A DNA stretch of 64,000 bases, from the IMG/VR virus record IMGVR_UViG_3300037400_002156, positions 1-64,000 of that record; one strand, written 5' to 3'. Source of the stretch: a virus. Lineage: Duplodnaviria > Caudoviricetes. Shown here one piece after another: positions 49,263-58,397 of the stretch. The notes beneath the pieces were generated by a model, which saw nothing but the letters and a program-made list of their open reading frames with translations, searched no databases and was not told the origin of the DNA. The translations under genes were made by a program, and so were the position numbers. Every line of letters starts with the position of its first letter. Positions within the stretch are counted from its first letter, which is position 1.

Positions 49263-49270
49263 ATCTTACC

Positions 49271-49744
49271 TCATTCAAATTCTTCTCTTGTAGTTACAAG
49301 GAAATTAGTTTTCATTTGTTTTTCTTCTCGTGGTCTATTAGGCTCATCTTTATATGATATTAGTCTCAAAACGTAATGTACACCTAATAAATATACGCTA
49401 TTTACTTCTCTTATCTGATAGGTGTCACCGTTACATAATCTAATAACATTAAATTCACGAAGGTTATACTTATTACCACAAAGTTCAATTGGTGCGATAG
49501 CTAATATAGATTCTCTATTTACATCAAGAGTATTCCACTTAAGATTTGCTAATAGTCTTGTATCAACATACTCCTGTAATAAAATCTTATATGGTACTCC
49601 TTGCTTTAATATTCTATCATCTAAATACATGTTAGAGCTAGAAATATCATAAAGAGTACAATCTATTCCAAACAATTTAAATGCCTCATCTACTATTTTA
49701 CGAGTCAGGCACATTTCTTTATCTGAAAATAATAATGATGTCAT
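49271..49744 (-). CDS. Putative neck / head-closure protein (gp14-like)
   Basis: EAFKLFGIDCTLY, YQIREV; synteny. Confidence 0.55.
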   Translation of the reverse strand: MTSLLFSDKEMCLTRKIVDEAFKLFGIDCTLYDISSSNMYLDDRILKQGVPYKILLQEYVDTRLLANLKWNTLDVNRESILAIAPIELCGNKYNLREFNVIRLCNGDTYQIREVNSVYLLGVHYVLRLISYKDEPNRPREEKQMKTNFLVTTREEFE

Positions 49745-50145
49745 GATCTAGCTCCCTGTGATCTACTATGAGCTTTCTTTTCATGTGAAATCTTTCTTTG
49801 TTGTATATAATCGTTCTGAAATCCTCTAAACTTCAAATAAAGTGAATGTATAGAGTTGTTTATATGTTTAAGCTCTTCATACCAGAATCTCTGGCTTAAA
49901 TCATAAACTATGTAATTAATTAACTTCTGATTTGCAAATCTAATAAGTCTGCCATTTACTAGCTCAATAGAATCTATAACATCTTCTGGTGTATAATAAT
50001 CTCTTGATTTTTCATCTAGAAAATACTTACGATCTTCGTCGTCTTTTATAAATACTCTACATTTTTTAGCTAATACTTTCTTTACATACTGTAAAAGATA
50101 TGTATTGAAGTTAATATCATCATACGGAGAAAGAATAGACTTCAT
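49741..50145 (-). CDS. Hypothetical protein
   Basis: 134 aa, AGGAG RBS. Confidence 0.7.
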   Translation of the reverse strand: MKSILSPYDDINFNTYLLQYVKKVLAKKCRVFIKDDEDRKYFLDEKSRDYYTPEDVIDSIELVNGRLIRFANQKLINYIVYDLSQRFWYEELKHINNSIHSLYLKFRGFQNDYIQQRKISHEKKAHSRSQGARS

Positions 50146-50177
50146 TAAAAACTCCTCTATATTGTTTATAAAAATAA

Positions 50178-50214
50178 AGGGTAGTACTTAAATTTTGATA
50201 TTAAGTACTACCCT
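50178..50214. terminator. 14-bp hairpin with ATATCAA in the loop
   Basis: agggtagtacttaa-attttgata-ttaagtactaccct. Confidence 0.7.
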
Positions 50215-50237
50215 AAATTATTTAATAAATAACACTA

Positions 50238-50693
50238 TTAGCGAGTAAAGCGCTTGCAAAGATTACGACGACGTGACTCTGTAAAACGACGCTCAAGAGC
50301 AGCTAGACGCTCTTCTAAAGAACGCTGATATGATTCTTCAGCAGCCTCTTCATCTTCGCTATTTTCTTCCTCAGCTGGCTCTTCTTCTGATTCAGCTTCT
50401 GTTGGAGTTTCTTCTTCAGCTGGCTCTTCTTCATCTTCTGCTGGAGTTTCTTCTTCGCTCTCACCGTCAGCAGCGGCAATTACTTTTTCGAAGCGAGTGA
50501 TAATATCTTCAAGACGAGCTAGTAAAAGATCTGATTCAGAAGCATCATTCTCTGTCTCTGTCTCTTCATTTACTGAATGAACAGCTGATTCATTCATTGC
50601 ATCTTCTGCTTTTACTTCAGTATCAACAGACTCGTTTTTAGCTTCACGAAGTTTACGCATAATATTCTTAATTTCATCAGTACGACTAATCAT
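50238..50693 (-). CDS. Acidic prohead core / scaffold-like protein
   Basis: Glu-rich EEE(T)PAE repeats, coiled coil, Arg-rich C-terminus; head module; likely start 50693. Confidence 0.55.
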   Translation of the reverse strand: MISRTDEIKNIMRKLREAKNESVDTEVKAEDAMNESAVHSVNEETETENDASESDLLLARLEDIITRFEKVIAAADGESEEETPAEDEEEPAEEETPTEAESEEEPAEEENSEDEEAAEESYQRSLEERLAALERRFTESRRRNLCKRFTR

Positions 50694-50732
50694 AATTAAC
50701 ACCTCTATTTTATTAAAGTTTTAATAAACTAT

Positions 50733-51383
50733 TTATCGAGTAGCATAGAATAAACCAAGTGCAGTTCCGAGCTTCTCTTCAAGAGCTGTCTTCTCAGTGA
50801 TTCCTTCTTGTTTTAATTCAGATCCATTTGTTTCAACAGGTGAACCGGTTATCTTAATCTTAGATCTAATTTCACCTTCAATACATTTTGTTAAAGCAAC
50901 AGAGTAATCAAGAATCCAATTGACATAATCTTCAGTCATTGTGTTTATTGAGTTATCTGTTATTGCTTCAACAGTAAATGGAGCATTGCCTCCATCAATA
51001 TAAAGAGTATCGCCAATAAGACGGAATCCAATAGGATTAAGATCATCTTGAACTGCATCTGTATAATAATTCCAAACAGCCATGTTCTTAATAGATTGAA
51101 CACTGTTTGTAATATAAAATCCGTAGTTTATAGCCTTATCTATCTTAGCAGTATCTAGATCTGAAGCAGATGTGACTCTAATAACAGCGTATACTCTTTT
51201 GTGGCTAAATTTAACTACCTTACCTGATACAGTGAGAACCTCAACATTATTTAGATATGGAATGACTTTGTTTATTGCAAAATCTATTTGCTTTGATATC
51301 ATGTCATCTGTAATCGCTAAATCAATTACTGGGTAGCCAAGTCTAACTTTTACGTTCTCAAGTATCTGGTTTCTATTAAACAT
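50733..51383 (-). CDS. Neck / head-tail adaptor (T4 gp13-like)
   Basis: RLGYPVIDL, WILDYSVAL.K...GEIRSK...NGSELKQEG signature. Confidence 0.85.
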   Translation of the reverse strand: MFNRNQILENVKVRLGYPVIDLAITDDMISKQIDFAINKVIPYLNNVEVLTVSGKVVKFSHKRVYAVIRVTSASDLDTAKIDKAINYGFYITNSVQSIKNMAVWNYYTDAVQDDLNPIGFRLIGDTLYIDGGNAPFTVEAITDNSINTMTEDYVNWILDYSVALTKCIEGEIRSKIKITGSPVETNGSELKQEGITEKTALEEKLGTALGLFYATR

Positions 51384-51828
51384 TGCTATGTTCCTGTAAG
51401 AAAGTAATCAACTCGTCTTTCTTTAGACGACATGATTTACTCGTGATGCGCTTATACTCATTCTTTAAATCATTATATGACATTGAAGCGTAGTCAGATT
51501 TGATATCTTCTTGTTCAAAATTACATGAATCTTCGTCACAGCACGTAACTTTATCTTGTTCAACTAATGTATCTTCAGTTAATGCTTCATTGTCTGCTTC
51601 TCTGTGAACTTTTGTGATAGTGTCTTCTGTGTTAGATACTATTTTACACTCAGCATCTTCTTTAGCTTCCTTATCAACTTTTAAACCGAGAGATTTAGCA
51701 AGTGCAACATAATCTTTATATTCTAATGTTAAAACATTTTCACCAGCATGTAATCTATAATGTTTTCCATCTAAAGAATGAATAACTGTTGAGCGAACTG
51801 CTTTAAGCTTTAAAACTTTCGTGCTCAT
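51376..51828 (-). CDS. Protein with C-terminal Rho-N / HeH-like motif
   Basis: YASMSYNDLK...LKKDELITFL. Confidence 0.6.
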   Translation of the reverse strand: MSTKVLKLKAVRSTVIHSLDGKHYRLHAGENVLTLEYKDYVALAKSLGLKVDKEAKEDAECKIVSNTEDTITKVHREADNEALTEDTLVEQDKVTCCDEDSCNFEQEDIKSDYASMSYNDLKNEYKRITSKSCRLKKDELITFLQEHSNV

Positions 51829-51837
51829 ATATAGCTC

Positions 51838-52770
51838 CTATTTAAATAAACGTAGTCTTCTGTTAATATATAAACTTTCTAGTCTTGTAACTCGTCTTAA
51901 TAGACTTTCATAATAATCTTCTTCACTATCAAGTGGATCATTTTCTTCTGCTTCGTCATTATTAGCAACTACATCTTTTAATTGATCTAGTTCTTTATCT
52001 GACATAATTTGCTGAGCATTATCTACATCAGTTGTAAGTTCATTCTCAATTTCTTCATCAGACTGTTTAACACTAACTTTTGCTGTAATACCCTTTGCTA
52101 AATCAACAACAAGATAGCTATCAACTAAAGAAACAACTGCAGCTAAATTACCAGACTCATCATAAAAAGAAGCTGTTGAATCACCAAAGTCTTCATTCTT
52201 TGGCGCTTTCCACCCATAATGATTGCTTAATATGCTTTCTACCTTCTGTAAAATAAATTTTCTGTTATCACGAATAGATTCAACAATCTGTGTATAGCTT
52301 TCTTTTTTACTATTTACAAGATCGTTTAATTCGTCAAGTTTATCATCAAACATTCTACCACTCTCCGTTGCTTTATTATTTATATAATCTATTAAAGCAT
52401 CTTTTGCTTCTTTATCTGTATTAAAACCGTCAGACTTAATTTTAAATCTTTCCATTATACGGTTAGTTAACTCATACGTAACTAATCTACTAACTAGCTT
52501 ATTAAAATTATTATTTGAAATTTTATTATCTTTTATGTTAGCTTCAGGCAAATCGCTCAAAAGTAAATTGTCATTAAACACTAGCATCTCTAAAACAATA
52601 GATGCGTCATTGAATGACGGTGTAATATCAATTGAAAACTCACCTGCTTTACTAAATCTAGTCGGGCATGAGATTGACAATGTATTTTTATTTATTGCTT
52701 TAATTGGAAAAAGTAAATTATCTTTAATTATCTCATTCCATATTGCTTCCCAATCTATAGACTTTGACAT
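51838..52770 (-). CDS. Hypothetical head-module protein
   Basis: Acidic, ends LLRRVTRLE...RRLRLFK like 50238..50693; likely start 52770. Confidence 0.65.
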   Translation of the reverse strand: MSKSIDWEAIWNEIIKDNLLFPIKAINKNTLSISCPTRFSKAGEFSIDITPSFNDASIVLEMLVFNDNLLLSDLPEANIKDNKISNNNFNKLVSRLVTYELTNRIMERFKIKSDGFNTDKEAKDALIDYINNKATESGRMFDDKLDELNDLVNSKKESYTQIVESIRDNRKFILQKVESILSNHYGWKAPKNEDFGDSTASFYDESGNLAAVVSLVDSYLVVDLAKGITAKVSVKQSDEEIENELTTDVDNAQQIMSDKELDQLKDVVANNDEAEENDPLDSEEDYYESLLRRVTRLESLYINRRLRLFK

Positions 52771-52813
52771 TTTTATAACCTCCAAAGTATATTTACATTG
52801 TAATAGATATAAT

Positions 52814-52847
52814 ATAAACCGTAACTCTTATAAGAGTTACGGTTTAT
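52814..52847. terminator. 34-bp perfect palindrome / terminator
   Basis: ataaaccgtaactctta|taagagttacggtttat. Confidence 0.7.
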
Positions 52848-53765
52848 TTACTTATCTTCTACAACTTTCATGCCTTCAAGACGATATCCTGTTCTCACAA
52901 AGATGTTAGTAAATGACCCTGGATTATACACTGAAATACAATCACCGTTTCGTATTGCTTCCATGACATACTTATGTCTCATTGGCTCTCTATTTTTAAA
53001 CTCACCAGCATGATGCCATATCTTTCCATTATAATAAGTATCGTTTATCCAATAATTTACGAATGACTGGCCGCCATTAAGCATATATACTTTACCAAGG
53101 CCTTTCATAGCATCACTGTCCATCAAATGACTTATTGAACGCTGATCATACTGACGTCTATCACAGTAATACACAATCGATTTAATATCAGGATTATTTT
53201 GTATTATATATTTCCATAATTTAGAAGCGCCACCAATTACGCAAATACCCATTTTACAAGCGCCTCTTGCAATCTCACAATCGTAATTGCCTTTTCCAAA
53301 ATAACTATGGCCGATTAAATAGCACATAAGTGGTTCGTGAGTTTTCTTGTCTTCTAATACGTAAGCTGTTTTAGAATTTCTATATCCAGCTATATTATTT
53401 TCATTAAAAAACTGCTTCATCTTTATAGCAGGATATACTTTAACTTCTGTATTTCTTGCATATACACGTTCTGCTAATCCACAATGATATAGCAAAATAT
53501 TCTTATAAATATTTACTTTATATGGATTATCTAAATCAGGCGGATATATAAAAACACAACGAATACCTTTATTGTGATAAGTCTCCCATCTATTGTAAGA
53601 ATCAAGTTCACCACTTAGCATATCAGCTAAATGAAAGCATAGATTTTTGTTTCTTATTTCAAGATCATTTTTAGAGTTTATAAAGTAGTCTAAATTGTTT
53701 TCTTTAGCCAATTCGATTAAAAATGTAAAATCTTCTATCATAAATACGTTGCCTGCATAAATCAA
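52848..53765 (-). CDS. Protein resembling the C-terminal domain of Hef-like phage endonucleases, with degenerate nuclease region
   Basis: VYARNTEV...FFNENNIAG...EIAR...VIGGASKL...YYCDRR. Confidence 0.6.
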   Translation of the reverse strand: MIYAGNVFMIEDFTFLIELAKENNLDYFINSKNDLEIRNKNLCFHLADMLSGELDSYNRWETYHNKGIRCVFIYPPDLDNPYKVNIYKNILLYHCGLAERVYARNTEVKVYPAIKMKQFFNENNIAGYRNSKTAYVLEDKKTHEPLMCYLIGHSYFGKGNYDCEIARGACKMGICVIGGASKLWKYIIQNNPDIKSIVYYCDRRQYDQRSISHLMDSDAMKGLGKVYMLNGGQSFVNYWINDTYYNGKIWHHAGEFKNREPMRHKYVMEAIRNGDCISVYNPGSFTNIFVRTGYRLEGMKVVEDK

Positions 53766-53786
53766 ATACTATAAGTTAAACGGTTT

Positions 53787-53828
53787 AATTTAATATACAC
53801 AGTAGTATTATTCTGTGTATATTAAATT
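53787..53828. promoter_or_regulatory. 16-bp inverted repeat between divergent endonuclease-related genes
   Basis: aatttaatatacacag-N10-ctgtgtatattaaatt. Confidence 0.5.
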
Positions 53829-53863
53829 TTAAATTTAACCAATTTACTTTACGTGCTTTTGAT

Positions 53864-54946
53864 ATGAAACTAAAAGACATTTCAGAATTAAGAGATTTAT
53901 ACGTCGGTAAGACTTTTAACAAACTAACTATTACAGATATCTTAAGATCAGGTAAGAATTGGGTATGCAGATGTAAGTGCGAGTGCGGAGTAGAATGTGA
54001 AAAGAATCTAACAAAAGTTATTAGCGGACATACTAAAACTTGTGGCGGACACGTACATAAACTTGAGCAAGCGTCAAGACTGTCTCAACTATATAAAGAG
54101 CATCCAGAAATAGGTAAACGTGCTGGAGAAAAAATATCTTTATGGTATAAAGACGAAGAGAATAAGCCCGTTATACAAGAACGCTCTGATAATCATAGAA
54201 AATGGTGGGATGAGCACGGTGAACAACGAGAGTTTCAGTCCGATCGTATGATTAAAAAGTTTCTCAAAAATAGACAGTCTGCTGACTATTCAAATCTTAT
54301 ACAGATTATACATCCTAAGTATGTAGACGATCTATTATCAGGAAAGATTAAAAGAGACAATATAGTTGAAACGAAATGCCCATTATGCAATAAATACGGT
54401 GAGCATAAGTTTCACGACTTATTCCGTATAGCAAGTAACTCACTTAAGTATAGTCATGCTCTATTGTGTAGTGACTGTCAAAATGAAAAGACATCACATT
54501 ACGAAATAGAAATAGCAAATTATATAAATTCTTTTTGTAATAACGAGTGTATTAAGAATGACAGGTCAGTACTAAACGGAAAAGAGCTTGATTTATATTA
54601 TCCAGAAAAGAAAATTGCAATTGAATTTAATGGTGATTATTGGCATTCAGACGCGCATAAGTCTGATGATTATCACTATAACAAGTTCATAGAATGTTAT
54701 AATAGAGGAATTACACTTATAAGCATTTTTGAAAGTGAGTGGAATTCTAACAAAGATGCTATTAAAAGCTACATTAAAGACTTATTCAATGGCATAGAAA
54801 ATAAGCTATCATATAAGACAGACTCAGCTATTAATTTAAACTATCCGCCAATTAAGTTTGACATATCTCGATACTACGTTGAGAAAGCTTTCTACAGTAT
54901 AGGACATAGAAAAGTATATACTTGTGGATACGCTGTTGAGAACTAA
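53864..54946 (+). CDS. Free-standing homing endonuclease (zinc ribbons + Vsr/DUF559-like PD-(D/E)XK domain)
   Basis: CRCKCECG...GHTKTCG, CPLC/CSDC, ELDLYYPEKKIAIEFNGDYWH, IFESEW; antisense, just downstream of capsid gene. Confidence 0.8.
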   Translation: MKLKDISELRDLYVGKTFNKLTITDILRSGKNWVCRCKCECGVECEKNLTKVISGHTKTCGGHVHKLEQASRLSQLYKEHPEIGKRAGEKISLWYKDEENKPVIQERSDNHRKWWDEHGEQREFQSDRMIKKFLKNRQSADYSNLIQIIHPKYVDDLLSGKIKRDNIVETKCPLCNKYGEHKFHDLFRIASNSLKYSHALLCSDCQNEKTSHYEIEIANYINSFCNNECIKNDRSVLNGKELDLYYPEKKIAIEFNGDYWHSDAHKSDDYHYNKFIECYNRGITLISIFESEWNSNKDAIKSYIKDLFNGIENKLSYKTDSAINLNYPPIKFDISRYYVEKAFYSIGHRKVYTCGYAVEN

Positions 54947-54954
54947 ATAAAGCA

Positions 54955-54981
54955 AAACCCTAAGGCGAAAGCCTTAGGGTT
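54955..54981. terminator. Bidirectional terminator between HEG and capsid gene
   Basis: aaaccctaaggc-gaaa-gccttagggttt. Confidence 0.8.
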
Positions 54982-55001
54982 TAATTTTACTTATTCATTT
55001 A

Positions 55002-56495
55002 TTAGCGAAGATTTGCATCACCGCCAACAATTTTCCCTACACAGTACATTTTTGGATTTAACATCTTGGTACCATAATAGCTGACGAGACCCTGACGACC
55101 AACAAAGTCATCGAGCATTACGAGATCTGTCTTTGTAATTGGTAGGAAGTCAGCAACAACAAAGCCAGCATCCATATCGCTACCCTTATAGCCAACAAGG
55201 TAAGCATCCTGTGGAACATATGGTGAGTAAATAACTTTAATCTGACCTTCGAGTTCACCAACTACGAAAGCACCATTGTTAGGAAGTGTAGCACCAGCAG
55301 CTTTGAAGTGATCTGAGCCTGCGGATTTGATGATATTTAGACCCTGACGGCCGACAACTACCCAATTACCAAATCCACGTTTTGTCTCGAAGTTAATGAG
55401 TGATGCACAAGCAAAAATCTCATTAATGAAGCTCATATCGTGATCATGCTGTGAAATATAGGATGTAACAGTACGATCCCATTCACGACGATTACCAGCC
55501 TGACGCATTAGGATGCTAATAACCTCATTATCACGTTCCTGACGAATCTCAGCTGTACAAGCGTTAACGAGAGAATCTTCAACGTTGATGCCGTGAGCTT
55601 TAGAAAGAGCATATGAAGCATCGAATGAGAAGTTAGCACGAATCTTGTGAGGAACAGCTTTGATCACCTCTGTACGGAGACGAAGCTCAAGATTCATTGA
55701 ATCTGTAGGAACTTCACTAAGATCCTGGAAATAAGAAATAGCTACTTCATTATCAGCTTGAATTAAAGTGCTGTCTAATTCGATCTCAATTTCGCCAGAA
55801 GCTGGTGTAAGAAGTTTAACAGTAGCTAGATTTGCAGCTAGATCCATTTCATGACCGTCTGTATCGATCTCTGAAACTTTCCATGTTACATTACCATTGC
55901 TCTTGCATGAACGAATATAGAATGTACGACCTTTTGTCTCATCTTTAAGAGCAAGAGGACTATCAGGATCAACTTTAATTGGAAGATGCTGTACGAAGCC
56001 AGCAATCTTAGATTTACCAGTTGTTGTATCGAGAACTGCCTTACCAAGCATTTCGCTATCAATACGCTCACGTGCTACAAACTTACCATCATCAGCACCG
56101 CGCATTGCGCCCCACTGATCAATAGCAACTTCACCCTTAATAGCACGACCACGATCCTGACCATAAACATACTGTAAGAAACGAATTATGCCAAGAGGTG
56201 AATCGATTGACTGAACAGAAACGATATCATCAATAATCTGGCTTGCGTAAATTGCGCTAACCATATCGATTGAATGCTCTGGGAACCAATCTATTCCGCT
56301 GTACTGTGATGAAGGAACGTCGCGACAAACGCTCTCATTCTTCATTGCACTAATTGTACGGAGATCATCTAGAGCATTATTTGTATTGTTAAGAACACGA
56401 GCTAATGTATCTTTAGCATCATCACTCATTCCACCACGAATGCTCTCAACAACATTAATTTTATCTTTCCAAGCTTCTAAAACAACTTTATTCAT
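55002..56495 (-). CDS. Major capsid protein (T4 gp23-like)
   Basis: VSVQSIDSPLGIIRFL, EIRQERDNE, GFGNWVV, LVGYKG...AG...FLP, SYYG. Confidence 0.93.
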   Translation of the reverse strand: MNKVVLEAWKDKINVVESIRGGMSDDAKDTLARVLNNTNNALDDLRTISAMKNESVCRDVPSSQYSGIDWFPEHSIDMVSAIYASQIIDDIVSVQSIDSPLGIIRFLQYVYGQDRGRAIKGEVAIDQWGAMRGADDGKFVARERIDSEMLGKAVLDTTTGKSKIAGFVQHLPIKVDPDSPLALKDETKGRTFYIRSCKSNGNVTWKVSEIDTDGHEMDLAANLATVKLLTPASGEIEIELDSTLIQADNEVAISYFQDLSEVPTDSMNLELRLRTEVIKAVPHKIRANFSFDASYALSKAHGINVEDSLVNACTAEIRQERDNEVISILMRQAGNRREWDRTVTSYISQHDHDMSFINEIFACASLINFETKRGFGNWVVVGRQGLNIIKSAGSDHFKAAGATLPNNGAFVVGELEGQIKVIYSPYVPQDAYLVGYKGSDMDAGFVVADFLPITKTDLVMLDDFVGRQGLVSYYGTKMLNPKMYCVGKIVGGDANLR

Positions 56496-57501
56496 AAGAA
56501 TTCCTCCTAAATGGTGAACACATTTTTTCTAAGGCAGTATTATCTTTATTAAGTATGCCATTTATATTTATATTTTCATTTAAATGACGCTCTGTATTAA
56601 ACTTGTTAATACTAATATCATCACTACATATATTAGATATTGAATGCTTTTTATTGGTGCTTTTATTTACTGATCTAGAGCTTGACTCATTAAATTTTTT
56701 CGCATCAGAAATAAGATCTTTAACTTCTTTAATTAAAGAAGTTAGCTGCTTTTCATATTTGATATGTTGTAATTTGTTTTCTGATTTATTTAGAGTATCT
56801 GATAATCTATCTACTGATTCAAGAATAGCATGAATATCAGCTTTATTCTCTCGCTTACAAATTTCTTTATCAAGTGTACGAATGCGAGATTCAAACACTG
56901 GATTTTTAAAAGAACGTAGTGCTGTGACAGATTCTTTTAACTCTTTTGTTGACATTTTGTCTACAGGTTTCGAAACTGAATCAACTTGCTCAAGACGAGC
57001 ACATTTAAATCCTGGTTCTGGTACAGCATCAAACGTAATAAGTTCGTATGAATTCTCTAATATAACTTCGTGTCCATCTTTCTGAATTGAGTCAGCAACT
57101 GCGCGAGCTGAAATACCGAGCTTTGTACCATATTTAACAAGTGTCTCAAGAATTCTTCCAGTTGGCGTATCAAGGATTGCAAAACGGCCCCATAGCATAT
57201 CACCGTCACCTTCAGGAATCCAGAGTTTTTCAACGGCTAATGCAACTTCAGGATAACTAATATCTACACGGTTCTCAGGGTGACCACCCTCGCCAAGCAT
57301 TGCACGATTCTTAATTGCTTCCTGCACTGTAGGATTTTTTAATATGCGATCTTCTACTAACTTTCTAGAATAAATTCTGTTATTGCGATTAACAGCGCCA
57401 AATTGCATACAAGGGCCGGACATTATACATAATGTGCCAGGCGACTTGCTATTTTCAACAGGCTTCATTTCTGAAACTATTGATTCTGTAAATACTTTCA
57501 T
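56488..57501 (-). CDS. Prohead core protease (T4 gp21-like)
   Basis: NRNNRIY, LGEGGHP, ILDTPTG, GISARA, TFDAVPEPG. Confidence 0.92.
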   Translation of the reverse strand: MKVFTESIVSEMKPVENSKSPGTLCIMSGPCMQFGAVNRNNRIYSRKLVEDRILKNPTVQEAIKNRAMLGEGGHPENRVDISYPEVALAVEKLWIPEGDGDMLWGRFAILDTPTGRILETLVKYGTKLGISARAVADSIQKDGHEVILENSYELITFDAVPEPGFKCARLEQVDSVSKPVDKMSTKELKESVTALRSFKNPVFESRIRTLDKEICKRENKADIHAILESVDRLSDTLNKSENKLQHIKYEKQLTSLIKEVKDLISDAKKFNESSSRSVNKSTNKKHSISNICSDDISINKFNTERHLNENININGILNKDNTALEKMCSPFRRNSYE

Positions 57502-57584
57502 ATGTAGCCTCCAAATATATAAATACTACATTATTACAATCTAAAATAGATATATAAATAAATTGATATAAGTATATAAAACAA

Positions 57585-57609
57585 CAGCGTAGATAATTTA
57601 TCTACGCTG
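57585..57609. terminator. Palindromic terminator
   Basis: cagcgtagataa-t-ttatctacgctg. Confidence 0.65.
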
Positions 57610-57641
57610 CTTAATTGTTTATATTATACTATATAATTTTA

Positions 57642-58310
57642 TTAACCTTCACCGCCATCGCCTTCTTCTACAGCTGGAGCCTGAAGTGTAATAACTTTTG
57701 TATGTGGATCCATAGCGCGAATGTTGAAACGTGTCTCATTGTGTTTTAGATCTGCATAACGAGCCCAATTGCAGAGAGCATCAACATGAGCTTCACCTAC
57801 TGGATTAATATAAAAAGCACCATTGCAAAGAGGATCTTCACATGTGCCTGTTGCAACCTGAACACCAACTAACTCAACTGTAGCAACGCCTTTAAGACCT
57901 TCAACTGTTAGCTGTAAAGTCGCTGGTTTACCAGTACCATGATCAACATAAGATTTAGTAGCACCGGCAACACCATTTACTAAAACATTAAAACCGGCAA
58001 GTTCTGCTTCGTATGGTGCTGTTGTCTTAAGTTCAATACCAGTATCAGCAACACCAGCATTAAATGTTACAAGACGTTTTACATTTGCAGTAAATGTAGC
58101 ATTAATCTGTGATGGAGTTGTAACTGTAACTGTTTTTGCAAACTTAACATGAGCATTAACAGCAGCATCAACAGCGTTACCTGAACGATGGAGACTGAAA
58201 ACACCTACTGCTTCTAGTGCTGGATCTGCTTGAAATTTAATTCTAGCCTTACCGTTTGTTACTTCATCATGTAAGAATCGTTTATCTACATCTAATTTTA
58301 AATTAAGCAT
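57642..58310 (-). CDS. Putative structural protein (head decoration-like)
   Basis: Ala/Val/Thr-rich beta protein upstream of protease and capsid, strong RBS. Confidence 0.5.
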   Translation of the reverse strand: MLNLKLDVDKRFLHDEVTNGKARIKFQADPALEAVGVFSLHRSGNAVDAAVNAHVKFAKTVTVTTPSQINATFTANVKRLVTFNAGVADTGIELKTTAPYEAELAGFNVLVNGVAGATKSYVDHGTGKPATLQLTVEGLKGVATVELVGVQVATGTCEDPLCNGAFYINPVGEAHVDALCNWARYADLKHNETRFNIRAMDPHTKVITLQAPAVEEGDGGEG

Positions 58311-58397
58311 ATCTTCCTTCCTTTTAAATTAAGAGTTCTGATAAATGTGTAGTACACCAAAATGAGATTGTTACACAATAATAGATATTATATGCAA

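Noticed and set aside
50360-50460. Short direct repeats (tcagctggctcttcttc, ggagtttcttcttc) as CRISPR-like array
   Set aside because: Coding repeats of EEEPAE/EEETP in the acidic protein; no unique spacers or cas genes
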